64,000 bases of DNA, taken from assembly GCA_965242885.1 (NCBI GenBank), contig CBDETH010000008.1:1442225-1506224 (forward strand). The letters are read 5' to 3'. The notes under the pieces are model-generated. The model saw only the letters and a list, made by a program, of their open reading frames with translations. It searched no databases and was not told where the DNA came from. The DNA is from a bacterium (lineage in GTDB: Bacteria > JAAXHH01). The number at the start of each line of letters is the position of its first letter. The first letter of the stretch is position 1. The position numbers and the translations under genes are program-made. Below, one piece after another: positions 7,925-18,170 of the stretch.

Positions 7925-9768
7925 GCAACGGCGGATGGACAGGCACGATCCTGCGCGTCGATCTGACCACCGGTCGGATCTCCAAAGAGCCCCTCAACAT
8001 GGACTGGGCAAAGTCCTTCGTGGGCGGGCGCGGCCTCGCGGCCAGATACCTCTATGAAGAGATGGACCCGGCGGCGGACGCGCTGGGCCCGGATAACAAG
8101 ATGATTTTCGCGACCGGTCCCATGACCGGCACGAACGCCTCGACGAGTTCACGCTACATGGTGGTCACCAAGGGGGCGCTGACCAACGCCATTACCACGT
8201 CCAACTCGGGCGGCCACTGGGGACCGGAACTGAAGTTCGCCGGCTACGACATGCTGATCGTGGAAGGCCGGGCGCCGGTTCCGTCCTACATCTCCATCTG
8301 TGACGACGACGTCCGGATCTGCTCCGCCGAGCACCTGTGGGGCAAGACGGTATGGGAGACGGATGACATCGTCCGGGAGGAGTCGGGGCAACACGACACG
8401 GTCGTTACCTGTATCGGTCCGGCGGGCGAGAACCTCGTACGATTCGCCGCCATAGTCAATGACCGGCACCGGGCCGCCGGACGATCCGGCGTCGGCGCGG
8501 TCATGGGTTCGAAGAACCTCAAAGCCATTGCCGTACGCGGTACCGGGGGCGTGCCCATCGCCGACCCGCAGAAGTTCATGTCGGCCATGTGGGAGATGAA
8601 GAGCAAGCTGGTCGAGCATCCGGTAACGGGTGAGGGTCTGGCCGCATACGGCACCGCGGTGCTGGTCAACATCATCAACGAGAGCGGCGCACTGCCGACG
8701 AACAACCACCAGGTCTCGCAGCTGGAAGGCGCAGACAATATCAGTGGGGAGACCCTGGCCGATACGCGGCTGGTGGCCAACAAGGCGTGCTTCGGCTGCA
8801 CGATTGCCTGCGGCAGGGTGTCGCAGCTACCGGGCGAGGCGCAGGACAAGTTCACCGTGACCACCCGGCCCCACAACTGGAAGATCGCGGTGGAGGGACC
8901 GGAGTACGAGAACGCCTGGGCCATGGGCGCCGACTGCGGCATCAATGACCTGGACGCCCTCATCAAGGCGAACGCCATGTGCAACGAACTGGGCATGGAC
9001 CCGATTTCCTTCGGGGCGACGCTCGCCGCGGCCATGGAGCTGTACGAAACCGGCGCCGTGAGCGATGAGCAGACCGGCATGCCGCTGAACTTCGGGAGCG
9101 GCGAGGCACTCGTCGCCATGACGGAGAAGGCGGCCTACCGCGAAGGCTTCGGCGATGAACTGGCCGAGGGTTCCAAGCGCATGACCGCCAAGTTCAACCG
9201 GCCCGAGTTCTTCATGGGCGTGCGCGGCCAGGAGTTTCCGGCCTACGACGCACGGGCGATCCAGGGCATGGGGCTGGGTTATGCGACCTCGAACCGGGGC
9301 GCCTGCCACCTGAAGAGCTACACGGTCGCCCCCGAGATCCTGGGGATCCCGGAAAAGATGGATCCGGCCGTGACGGAAGGCAAGGCGGAGATCACCAAGA
9401 TCTTCCAGGACGCCACCTGCACCGTGGATGCGTCGGGCCTCTGCCTGTTCCTCACCTTCGGCGTGGGCCTGGACGAGATACAACCCCAGCTCGAGGCGGT
9501 GACCGGCATCTCCTACACGGTGCCTGAACTGCTGGAAGTCGGAGAACGCGTCTGGAACATCGAGCGCATGTGGAACCAGCGGGCAGGTTTCACGGGCAAG
9601 GACGACACGTTGCCGAAGCGGCTGCTCGAAGAACCGATCCCCGACGGACCGACCAAGGGCGAAGTAAACCGCCTCGGCGAGATGCTGCCGGAATACTACG
9701 AAATCCGCGGCTGGAACGCGGAAGGCGAACCCACTCAGGAGAAACTGGCGTCGCTGGGACTGGCGTAG
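7921..9768 (+). CDS. aor: Tungsten-containing aldehyde:ferredoxin oxidoreductase (AOR family), copy 1
   Basis: AOR-family N-terminus (GWTGTILRVDLTTGRISKEPL...GGRGLAARYLYEEMDP); 615 aa; CxxC cluster-binding region; adjacent ferredoxin-like and FAD subunits. Confidence 0.9.
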   Translation: MSNGGWTGTILRVDLTTGRISKEPLNMDWAKSFVGGRGLAARYLYEEMDPAADALGPDNKMIFATGPMTGTNASTSSRYMVVTKGALTNAITTSNSGGHWGPELKFAGYDMLIVEGRAPVPSYISICDDDVRICSAEHLWGKTVWETDDIVREESGQHDTVVTCIGPAGENLVRFAAIVNDRHRAAGRSGVGAVMGSKNLKAIAVRGTGGVPIADPQKFMSAMWEMKSKLVEHPVTGEGLAAYGTAVLVNIINESGALPTNNHQVSQLEGADNISGETLADTRLVANKACFGCTIACGRVSQLPGEAQDKFTVTTRPHNWKIAVEGPEYENAWAMGADCGINDLDALIKANAMCNELGMDPISFGATLAAAMELYETGAVSDEQTGMPLNFGSGEALVAMTEKAAYREGFGDELAEGSKRMTAKFNRPEFFMGVRGQEFPAYDARAIQGMGLGYATSNRGACHLKSYTVAPEILGIPEKMDPAVTEGKAEITKIFQDATCTVDASGLCLFLTFGVGLDEIQPQLEAVTGISYTVPELLEVGERVWNIERMWNQRAGFTGKDDTLPKRLLEEPIPDGPTKGEVNRLGEMLPEYYEIRGWNAEGEPTQEKLASLGLA

Positions 9769-9878
9769 CGCCCGATCCGGCTTCCGAGCCAGGGAGATCC
9801 ACGGGGCGTGTCCCCGGGCCAGGCGGCCGGGGCGCGACCCCGCATCACCCGGCCTGAGCCGAGGAATGGAGTTTCTTC

Positions 9879-11708
9879 ATGACACACGGGTGGGCCGGAC
9901 ATATCCTGCGGGTGGACCTGTCGCGGGGCAAGGCGACCAAAGAACCCCTGAGACTGGACTGGGCCGAGGAATACATCGGCGGCCGCGGACTGGCCGCCCG
10001 GTATCTCTACGAGGAGATGGACCCCTCGGCCGACGCCCTCGGTCCCGACAACAAGCTCATCATGGCCACCGGGCCGCTTACGGGCACCAATGCCTCCTGC
10101 GCCGCCCGCTACATGGTGGTCACCAAGGGACCGCTCACCGGCGCCATCACGACGTCCAATTCGGGCGGCCACTGGGGCCCTGAACTCAAGTTCGCCGGCT
10201 ACGACATGGTGATCGTGGAAGGCCGGGCCGACCGTCCCTGCTACCTCCTCGTCGACGATGACCGCGTCGAGATCCGCGACGCCGCCGGCGTGTGGGGCAA
10301 AGTGGTCTCGGAGACCGAGGACGCCATCCGCGACGAGACCGGCATGCCCGAACTGCGGGTGGCCGGCATCGGTCCGGCGGGCGAGAACCTGGTGCGGTTC
10401 GCGTGCATCGTCAACGACAAGCACCGGGCGGCCGGCCGTTCCGGCGTCGGCGCCGTCATGGGCTCCAAGAACCTCAAGGCCATCGCCGTACGCGGCAACC
10501 AGGGCGTGCGGGTCGCGCGGCCCCTGGATTACATGTCCGCCATCTGGTCCTACCACGAGCATCTGGCGGAGAGCCCCGGCCGGCAGGGCCTCACGGAACT
10601 GGGCACGGCCCCCACGGTCGACCTGGTCAACACCTTCGGCGGCCTGCCGACCCGCAATTTCACGGCCGGCCAGTTCGAAGGCACCGAGGCGATCAACGGG
10701 GAGAGCATCAAGGACAACTGGCTGATCGCAAACAAGGCGTGCTTCGCCTGCAATATCGCCTGCGGCCGCGTGACCCAGGTGTCCCCCAACGCCGACAAGT
10801 ACATGGTCAACATGCATCCCCGCAACTGGAAGGTCGCCGGGGAGGGACCGGAGTACGAGAACCTCTGGTCGCTGGGGGCCGACTGCGGCGTGGACGACAT
10901 GGACGCCATCGTCATGGCCAACTACCTGTGCAACGACCTGGGCATGGATCCCATCTCCATGGGCGCCACGCTGGCCACGGCCATGGAGATGTACGAGCGG
11001 GGCCTGCTGAACGATGATCAGACGGGCATGGCGCTCCGGTTCGGAGACGGCAAGGCCCTGGTCGCCATGACGGAAGCCACGGGATTCCGGGAAGGCTTCG
11101 GCGACGAACTGGCCGAAGGCTCCAAGCGGATGACCGACAAGTTCGAGCACCCGGAGTACTTCATGGGCGTCAAGGGGCAGGAGTTCCCGGCCTATGATCC
11201 CCGGGGATTCCAGGGCATGGGCGTGGCCTATGCCACCTGCAACCGCGGCGCCTGCCACCTGAGGGCCTGGACGCCCGGCATCGAGACCAGCGGAGAGTAC
11301 GATCCCCACGGCACTGACGGGAAGTCGGTCTGGGTGGCCGAGGAGCAGAACCGGACCACGGCCCACGACGCCACGGGCATCTGCATGTTCACCACGGCGG
11401 GCGCGCCCCTGGACGACCTGATCCCCGTGCTGTCCGCGGCCACCGGCGTGGACTACACCATGGACGACTTCGTGCACATCGGCGAGCGGATCTGGAACAT
11501 CGAACGGCTGTGGAACCTGAAGGCCGGTCTCACCGCGGCCGATGACACGCTGCCGAAAAGACTGATGGAAGAGGCCCACAAGGAAGGGCCTTCGGCGGGC
11601 GTGACCGTCGATCTCGACGCCATGCTGCCGGACTACTACGCCGCCCGGGGATGGACGGCGGACGGACGGCCCACCACGGAAAAACTGGTGGAGCTGGGCC
11701 TCGCGTAG
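9879..11708 (+). CDS. aor: Tungsten-containing aldehyde:ferredoxin oxidoreductase (AOR family), copy 2, a tandem paralog
   Basis: About 65-70% identical to copy 1 along its whole length (GHILRVDLSRGKATKEPL...GGRGLAARYLYEEMDP...). Confidence 0.9.
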   Translation: MTHGWAGHILRVDLSRGKATKEPLRLDWAEEYIGGRGLAARYLYEEMDPSADALGPDNKLIMATGPLTGTNASCAARYMVVTKGPLTGAITTSNSGGHWGPELKFAGYDMVIVEGRADRPCYLLVDDDRVEIRDAAGVWGKVVSETEDAIRDETGMPELRVAGIGPAGENLVRFACIVNDKHRAAGRSGVGAVMGSKNLKAIAVRGNQGVRVARPLDYMSAIWSYHEHLAESPGRQGLTELGTAPTVDLVNTFGGLPTRNFTAGQFEGTEAINGESIKDNWLIANKACFACNIACGRVTQVSPNADKYMVNMHPRNWKVAGEGPEYENLWSLGADCGVDDMDAIVMANYLCNDLGMDPISMGATLATAMEMYERGLLNDDQTGMALRFGDGKALVAMTEATGFREGFGDELAEGSKRMTDKFEHPEYFMGVKGQEFPAYDPRGFQGMGVAYATCNRGACHLRAWTPGIETSGEYDPHGTDGKSVWVAEEQNRTTAHDATGICMFTTAGAPLDDLIPVLSAATGVDYTMDDFVHIGERIWNIERLWNLKAGLTAADDTLPKRLMEEAHKEGPSAGVTVDLDAMLPDYYAARGWTADGRPTTEKLVELGLA

Positions 11709-11720
11709 CGAATCCCAATC

Positions 11721-11764
11721 CACGGATGACAAACAACCACGGATGACAAACAACCACGGATGAC
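11721..11764. repeat. 17-bp x2.6 tandem repeat (cacggatgacaaacaac) between aor copy 2 and the FAD-subunit gene
   Basis: Units at 11721-11737 and 11738-11754, with a partial unit at 11755-11764. Confidence 0.8.
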
Positions 11765-11804
11765 CTGTACTTCGTTTTACGGTACTTAGCTGAAGGAGTG
11801 GATT

Positions 11805-13175
11805 ATGGCTACAGAACACGTGATTATCGGCGGTGGACCGGGCGGGATGAATGCCATCGAAACGATCCGGGGTTATGACTCGGACGCGTCCATTACCCTG
11901 ATCTCCGATGAGCCGGCCTATTCCCGCATGGCCCTCCCATACTACATATCGGGAAACATCCCGGTCGAGCAGGTGAATACCGGAGACGACGACTATTTCG
12001 GCAGGCTGGGGGTGAAGACCCGCTTCGGGGTCAGCGTCTCCGAGGTGAATCCCCACGCGAGCATGCTCACGCTCAGCGACGGTTCCATGGTGCCTTTCGA
12101 CAACCTGCTGATCGCCACGGGATCGTCCGCCCAGAAGCTGAACATCCCCGGCGCCGACGGCGACGGCGTCCATAATCTCTGGACCGTTGCCGACGCGGAA
12201 AAGACCGTGGACGCCCTGGGAAGCGATGCCGAGGTGGCCTTCATCGGGGCCGGGTTCATCGGGTTCATTATCCTCAACGCGATGCACAAGCGCGGCGCCC
12301 GCCTGAAGGTGATCGAACTGGAAGACCAGGTGCTGCCCCGCATGCTGGACGCCCAGGGCGCTTCCCTGGTGGGATCCTGGCTCGAGTCCCAGGGCGTCGA
12401 AGTCCACACCGGCGTAAGCGTACAGGGCATCGATCACGGGCACGACGGCGTCAAGACCCTGGAGCTTTCTGACGGATCATCCACCCGGGCGGACGTGGTC
12501 ATCGTGGCCACGGGGATCAAGGCCAACATAGGTTTTCTCGAAGGTTCGGGCATCGAGACCAACGAGGGCATCCTGGTCAACAACCGGTGCCAGTCCAACG
12601 TGGCCAACGTGTACGCCGCGGGCGACGTGGCCGAGGGACCGGACCTCTCCACCGGCGGACAGGCGGTACACGCCATTCAGCCCACCGCGGTCGACCATGG
12701 CCGGATCGCCGGCGCCAACATGGCCGGCCAGGACGTGGAGTATCCCGGCAGCCTGCTGATGAATATCCTCGATGTGTGCGGACTGCAGTGCGCCAGCTTC
12801 GGCGACTGGTCAGGTGAAGGCGACGTCACCGAGGTCATCAACGCCAACCGCCCCGTCTACCGCAAGCTGATCTGGGACGGGTCCACGATCTCCGGTGCCA
12901 TCATGCTCGGTCCTGCCGACGACGTGGCCATGTTGAACGACATGGGGATGATCAAGGGACTGATCCAGGCCAAGACGGACCTGGGCGCGTGGAAGCAGCA
13001 CATCCAGGCGAACCCGACGGACATCCGGCGGCCCTACGTGGCTACGAAGACCGCGGAGAAGATGCTGGCCCTTACCTCGCTGGGCAAGCCGTCCGAGCAC
13101 CGGTCGTACCAGCATGCCCAGAATGCCGGCAAGGACCGCAGCGCGCACCAGGTCTTCGTCGATTCAACTGGTTAG
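11805..13175 (+). CDS. FAD/NAD(P)-binding pyridine nucleotide-disulfide oxidoreductase family protein (AorC-like electron-transfer subunit)
   Basis: N-terminal FAD Rossmann fold (VIIGGGPGGMNAIE) and a second dinucleotide site (AFIGAGFIGFIILNAM). SD aaggag upstream. Position matches the AorABC-type operon. Confidence 0.8.
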   Translation: MATEHVIIGGGPGGMNAIETIRGYDSDASITLISDEPAYSRMALPYYISGNIPVEQVNTGDDDYFGRLGVKTRFGVSVSEVNPHASMLTLSDGSMVPFDNLLIATGSSAQKLNIPGADGDGVHNLWTVADAEKTVDALGSDAEVAFIGAGFIGFIILNAMHKRGARLKVIELEDQVLPRMLDAQGASLVGSWLESQGVEVHTGVSVQGIDHGHDGVKTLELSDGSSTRADVVIVATGIKANIGFLEGSGIETNEGILVNNRCQSNVANVYAAGDVAEGPDLSTGGQAVHAIQPTAVDHGRIAGANMAGQDVEYPGSLLMNILDVCGLQCASFGDWSGEGDVTEVINANRPVYRKLIWDGSTISGAIMLGPADDVAMLNDMGMIKGLIQAKTDLGAWKQHIQANPTDIRRPYVATKTAEKMLALTSLGKPSEHRSYQHAQNAGKDRSAHQVFVDSTG

Positions 13176-13257
13176 TGTAGGGTTGGCGGCCGGATGAGGC
13201 GGGACACCGGCCGGTCGGGGCAGGAGAGAAACAGGCTCCGGGTAGTGTCGGTCAGCG

Positions 13258-14157
13258 TCAATTTCCAAACAGGAATCGCACGTTCAGTGTCACGGACCAG
13301 TGGTTTGTGGCGCTGAACGTGTTTTTGTTTGTAAGCGAAGGATCCGTGTCGAAATGGGGATGGTACTCGTACGTCCCGATGTGTTCGACGTCGTCCACCC
13401 TCGCATAGGCCGCTTTGAGACCGACTGCGGCACGGTCGTTCAAGCTGTAGTCGGCGCCCGCGTACACATGCCCCGCGAATACCGTATCGGATAACCGGGT
13501 ATCCTGCTTGCTGTTGTAGAAGGACAGCGGCGGATCGTAGACCGTACCCTCTCCGGAGGGGTCACTGTATTCGATCGAGAAGAAGATCCGGGTCAGTTCC
13601 ACGAACGCAATGCCGGTGCCCACCCCCACGTAGGGCGTGATCCTGCTCGGTCCGAAGGGAAGATCGTAGTACGCGTTCAGGGTCACCGTTCTCGTCACGA
13701 GGTCTTCAAAGAAATTGGTGCTGGCAGCCTGTACCAGACCCTGGCTGAGGAATGTACTGGCGCCCGCTGTGCTGCCATCGAGGTAAGTTATCTCAAGGGG
13801 CGGTCCCTGGTCGACCTTGTTTCTCCGATGTGCGTATGAGACCTCGATGCGGGTGCGGTCGAATATCCGTCCGACGGCCGCATCGAAACCGATACCCCGT
13901 TCGGCGGATGGGTCGTAACGCCACCGATAGCCTGGAATGTCCCGCAGAATCATATCGAAACAGGCGCTGGTGGGATAACACGTGGACTCCGTGTTCGAGC
14001 CTGACTGGTCCAGGCCATAAACGAAATTTCCACCGAGTCCGCCTGAGACGTACCAGCCGGAATCCCTCCGATCCTGTGCCGCCGCTTCGCCGTGCGCGGC
14101 GAGGAGCAGGCAGATCGAAAGCGCGAAAGCCACGGTAATTTGTCTCTGTAGATTCAT
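13258..14157 (-). CDS. Outer-membrane beta-barrel protein (OmpW/porin-like)
   Basis: Signal peptide MNLQRQITVAFALSICLLLAAHGEAAAQ; alternating amphipathic beta-strand pattern; aromatic C-terminus (..RFLFGN). Confidence 0.5.
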   Translation of the reverse strand: MNLQRQITVAFALSICLLLAAHGEAAAQDRRDSGWYVSGGLGGNFVYGLDQSGSNTESTCYPTSACFDMILRDIPGYRWRYDPSAERGIGFDAAVGRIFDRTRIEVSYAHRRNKVDQGPPLEITYLDGSTAGASTFLSQGLVQAASTNFFEDLVTRTVTLNAYYDLPFGPSRITPYVGVGTGIAFVELTRIFFSIEYSDPSGEGTVYDPPLSFYNSKQDTRLSDTVFAGHVYAGADYSLNDRAAVGLKAAYARVDDVEHIGTYEYHPHFDTDPSLTNKNTFSATNHWSVTLNVRFLFGN

Positions 14158-14287
14158 AATAAACCGTTCATTCCGGGTTGTTTTCATTAATAAGAAGGCA
14201 GGTCATAAACGGCAAGGATATTGTTCCCTGAACCTGACTGTTAGTTGCTTAGGGATAATTGCCGGTGTCCGTACGGATGGAGTCAGC

Positions 14288-16867
14288 CTACAGGTTGAAC
14301 AGGTAGGAGACCTTGGCCACGATCTGCTGGTCCCGCAGTCTTAGCGGCGTCCGTTCGTAGACCCCGAAGCTTCCGTCGGTATCGAGGTCGTCGTCACGGA
14401 ACTGGTTGAAAGCCAGGAAGAACGAGTGGCCGAAGGGCGACCGGTAGGCGAGAAGGAGGTTCATCGTGACCGTATTGGTGTGGAAGTCGTCGATCTCCCG
14501 TTGACGGTCCGCGTTGAACTGGATGAAGGAGGAGAACGATAGGTTCGGCGTGAAGGCGTAACTCATTCGGACGCTCGGTATGAGCTGGGTACGATGATCG
14601 TATTCGTCGTCCTCCAGCCCCTCACGGTTGCCCCGGTCGACGCGGCTGCGCGTGATGCCCGGTTCCAGCGCGAAACGGGGATTAGGCTTAATCGAAAGTT
14701 CGCTCGAAAGACTGAGCAGATCGGCACTGTAGAACCGACCGAACCGGACATTGCCCCGCAAGGAGACCTTCCGGCCGCTGTCGGTGAAGAGGAACATGTT
14801 CCCCTGGTTGTAGGAATAGGATCCTTCGGGGAAATGCACACCGGCGATGCGCGTTGTTTTGCTCAGCGTATCGAATCGCATGTCGTATGAAGCGGAAATC
14901 CACAGCCCCCGCTCCAGTTCCAGGAACACGTTGGGCGAGAAGGACCAGGAGTCGGCATCGGAGAAGTCCGTGTCCTTCCGGGTCACGTAATTACTCCGAA
15001 AACCCCCGTTGATGCGGCGTATGCCGAACCGGCGCAGAAAGGTGTTGGCCGTTAGTCCGCCCCCAATCCGCTGCAGGCCCTCGTCCCGGACCAGTCCGGT
15101 CTGGCTGATGAAATCGTCTCCGATATCCAGGAAGGAAACGCCGTACATCAGCCAACGATTCTGCCAGCGTTGGATAGCCCGGAAGGTCCAGTCCTGGTTG
15201 CTGGTGCTCACCGTATCCGTCCAGCTCTTGGCGAAGGTGATCTGTCCCCGGTGATTGGTCGCCTGTGAGGCCAGGTTCAGGTCGAAGCCCACCACCCGGT
15301 TGTAGTCCGATTCCGCGTATCTGGGCAGGGCCATTCCGACACGGTCGTCGAATCGGGGATTCGGTTCCTTGAAGGTGGCCAGCATGCCCACGCTGGACCG
15401 TGATCCAAAGTCCTGCCGCACGCGCAGGGCCTGCCAGTTGGTCAGCGGTTCCGTCTTCTCTTCGCCGTCGTCGTCGTACTGGGTCTCCCGGGTCTGGACG
15501 TTCAGAAATCCTACGGTCGTGCGACCGAGCTTCCCTGTGAGACGCATCCCGAGGTCGATGGGAACGGTCTGCCCGTCCGGCAACTGCCGGCCGACGCGCC
15601 GGCTGAAGAAGAGCTGAGGCGTCAGGTCACCGAAGTTGCGCTGAGGTCCGCGGCGCTGCGGCCGCTCGTTCAGGGTGAAGATATCGCTGCGTTCCAGGAA
15701 GAATGGCCGCTTCTCGGTGAACTGGAATTCGAAGCGGGAAAGGTTCACGACCTCATCGTCCGCTTCCACCTGGGCGAAATCGGGGTTGACCGTGGCGTTC
15801 AGTGTCATCCCGGAAGTAACGCTGACCTTCAGGTCGCCGCCCAGTTTCCGCTGCATGTCGTTGTCGAGGGCCGTCGCCGCGATGGGCTGTACGGGCGACG
15901 GAGCGGTTTCCGTGAACCGGGAAGACTGGCCGCCGAGTACGGTGAAGGGGGTCACCTGCACCCGCCCACCCGGCGTGATGTCGGACAGGGTCGTCAGCCG
16001 GCCGCCCTTGCCGAAACGGTACAGCGCCTGGTCGCCGTCCCTCAGGCTCAGTGGAACCCAGAACGATTCCTCCCTGTTGCGCTGAATGCGGCGTCCGAAG
16101 TTTATGCCCCACGTCTGATCGCGGCGATCCGGAAACCGGAGGGTGTGGAACGGGATCACGTACTCGGCCGACCATCCGTAATCATAGACCTGGCTGGCCG
16201 CGTTCCAAAGCCCGTTCCAGTCGCGGTCGGTGTTATTGCCCTCGGCGCTGACGAAGGAGTCTGACCGGGCGCCGTTGGGATTGGTCTGGAATTCGAAGGC
16301 TTCGCGGTAGTGGTCGAGCGATGCGATGACGACCGTGACCATGTCGTTCGACCAGCTCATTCTCGTATCGCGTTGCATGTCCGGCGCCATGATCTGTTTC
16401 GGATTCGGATCGAAGCAGACGAATCCCACGTACAGGTTCTTGTCGTCGTACATTACCCGGACTTCGGTAGGATATGTGGCCGGTGCGCCCTCAACCGGCT
16501 CGAGCTGGAAGAAATCTTTGGCGACATCCGCCTGCTGCCATTCGGCTTCGTCCAGATGGCCGTCCACTTGGATGGCAGCATTAACCCGTCTGGCCTCCAG
16601 CATATAGTCCGCGGGATCCAGGGTCCTATAGTCGAAGGGCGACTTGGATACGGGAAGAGGAACGCTGAACGGTCGCGGGTCCGATGTCCTTTCGATTTCT
16701 CCCGTCATGGCCACTACGGATTCCGTCATGGCCGTTTCGGTCGCGGTCCGATCCTGGGGCGATTGCGCCCCCGTGATGCCTGGGAGGAACAGCAGACAGG
16801 CCAATATGAAACAAGTGCCGCCGGTTTTGCGGACGGGTGGGAATAATGACATTAAGTCCTCCAGCAT
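14288..16867 (-). CDS. DUF5916-family outer-membrane protein with an N-terminal CBM9-like domain
   Basis: Signal peptide; a CBM9-like segment (VDGHLDEAEWQQADVAKDFFQLEPVEGAPATYPTEVRVMYDDKNLYVGFVCFD); a long beta-rich C-terminal region ending ..SYLFNL; 859 aa. Confidence 0.45.
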   Translation of the reverse strand: MLEDLMSLFPPVRKTGGTCFILACLLFLPGITGAQSPQDRTATETAMTESVVAMTGEIERTSDPRPFSVPLPVSKSPFDYRTLDPADYMLEARRVNAAIQVDGHLDEAEWQQADVAKDFFQLEPVEGAPATYPTEVRVMYDDKNLYVGFVCFDPNPKQIMAPDMQRDTRMSWSNDMVTVVIASLDHYREAFEFQTNPNGARSDSFVSAEGNNTDRDWNGLWNAASQVYDYGWSAEYVIPFHTLRFPDRRDQTWGINFGRRIQRNREESFWVPLSLRDGDQALYRFGKGGRLTTLSDITPGGRVQVTPFTVLGGQSSRFTETAPSPVQPIAATALDNDMQRKLGGDLKVSVTSGMTLNATVNPDFAQVEADDEVVNLSRFEFQFTEKRPFFLERSDIFTLNERPQRRGPQRNFGDLTPQLFFSRRVGRQLPDGQTVPIDLGMRLTGKLGRTTVGFLNVQTRETQYDDDGEEKTEPLTNWQALRVRQDFGSRSSVGMLATFKEPNPRFDDRVGMALPRYAESDYNRVVGFDLNLASQATNHRGQITFAKSWTDTVSTSNQDWTFRAIQRWQNRWLMYGVSFLDIGDDFISQTGLVRDEGLQRIGGGLTANTFLRRFGIRRINGGFRSNYVTRKDTDFSDADSWSFSPNVFLELERGLWISASYDMRFDTLSKTTRIAGVHFPEGSYSYNQGNMFLFTDSGRKVSLRGNVRFGRFYSADLLSLSSELSIKPNPRFALEPGITRSRVDRGNREGLEDDEYDHRTQLIPSVRMSYAFTPNLSFSSFIQFNADRQREIDDFHTNTVTMNLLLAYRSPFGHSFFLAFNQFRDDDLDTDGSFGVYERTPLRLRDQQIVAKVSYLFNL

Positions 16868-16950
16868 CGGACAACAGGTTACACACAGCAGTCACGTCAC
16901 TTACGATGGGCACAGTCTTATATTCTACAACTTACACCCGTCGCTTCTTC

Positions 16951-16988
16951 AAGTGATACGCCAGATATCAAGTGATACGCCAGATATC
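16951..16988. repeat. 19-bp x2 tandem repeat (aagtgatacgccagatatc) in intergenic DNA
   Basis: Identical units at 16951-16969 and 16970-16988. Confidence 0.85.
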
Positions 16989-17045
16989 ACGGCGGGCCGA
17001 ATATAGCCGCCCGCTTCCGATTTGTCCAGTTCGGCATCCTGTGTG

Positions 17046-17969
17046 CTAGGACACCCTCCATCGTTCCCACCCGGTGTGCTCGTGTTTCGAGCCGAAGACG
17101 CCTGGGTGGATAATCTCTGCCAGAATCTCTGCCGATTCAACCAGGCGCGGTCCGGGACGGTTAAAGAACTGGTTGCCGTCGGTATAGAATACCTGCCCCT
17201 CCTGTACGGCATGCAGGTTTTGCCATGGCGATTGACGTGTGAGCGAAGCTGACTCGATTCGCGAACGGTGCATATCGAAACCGCAGGGCATTAGGATGAT
17301 GATGTCGGGCTGGGTTTCGACCATGTCTTCCCACGCCAGGTACGGTGAATGTTCCCCGTTCGAGGTATAGAGGTTATGGCCACCGGCGATTTCCACCAGT
17401 TCGGGAATCCAGTTTCCCGCGGCCATCAGTGGTTCGAACCACTCGATACAGGCCACTCGCGGGGTGTTTTCCGTTCTCCGGGCGCGGTCGGCTATCGTGC
17501 GCAACCGTTCGTTCAGCTGATCTACCAGAACGCCACTTTCGTCCTCCTTACCCAGTGCGGAGCCCACCTTTTCTATGTCGTGCCACACTTCGTCCAGCGT
17601 ATTCGGTTGCAATGACAGGATCTTCGGCCTGGAACGTACCAGTTGGAAGGCCGCTTCCTGGACATCCCGGAGACTGACGGCGCAGACTTCGCAATGGGAT
17701 TGCGTCACCAGCAGATCCGGAGCCAGCTCATCGAGCTGTTCGGCGTCTAACCGATATACCGAGGTTGCTTCCTGCAGGATGGCTTTGACCCGCTGGTCGA
17801 TCTGGTACGAGGTGCCGTCCGGATCGAATTTCGGTGAGGTACAAATGGGCAGGCTGGCGACACCGGGAGGATAGTCGCATTCGTGAGAACGACCAACGAG
17901 GCGCTCGGCGCAGCCTAGGGCGCAGATGATCTCGGTACTACTGGGCAGAAGTGAAATGATGCGGTTCAT
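17046..17969 (-). CDS. BtuF / Fe-siderophore-type (class III) periplasmic-binding-protein-like protein; no signal peptide apparent
   Basis: The N-terminus MNRIISLLPSSTEIICALGCAERLVG resembles the mature start of cobalamin/heme-binding proteins. SD ggagg lies 8 nt upstream of ATG 17969. Confidence 0.55.
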   Translation of the reverse strand: MNRIISLLPSSTEIICALGCAERLVGRSHECDYPPGVASLPICTSPKFDPDGTSYQIDQRVKAILQEATSVYRLDAEQLDELAPDLLVTQSHCEVCAVSLRDVQEAAFQLVRSRPKILSLQPNTLDEVWHDIEKVGSALGKEDESGVLVDQLNERLRTIADRARRTENTPRVACIEWFEPLMAAGNWIPELVEIAGGHNLYTSNGEHSPYLAWEDMVETQPDIIILMPCGFDMHRSRIESASLTRQSPWQNLHAVQEGQVFYTDGNQFFNRPGPRLVESAEILAEIIHPGVFGSKHEHTGWERWRVS

Positions 17970-18170
17970 CGATAGTGCCTCCATCCAAAGCCGGAAGTAA
18001 CCCCATACCGGAATATGCGCGTGCCCTCAGTTGCTTGCAACGGGAAGATAGGTAATACCAGGGCTGCCACGTTTGTCGTATCGGCCGCGCCAGTTTGCCC
18101 TTGCACTTTTATCACGCTGATGCCATCATCTAACCACGCCCGGGCGACCGTACGGTACCGGGCTTTGCCA

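Noticed and set aside
9735-12443. 902-aa minus-strand ORF antisense to the second AOR copy and the FAD-subunit gene
   Set aside because: Long open antisense frames are expected at ~65% GC; no recognisable domains, low-complexity Gly/Arg/His-rich sequence; the plus-strand genes have strong homology.
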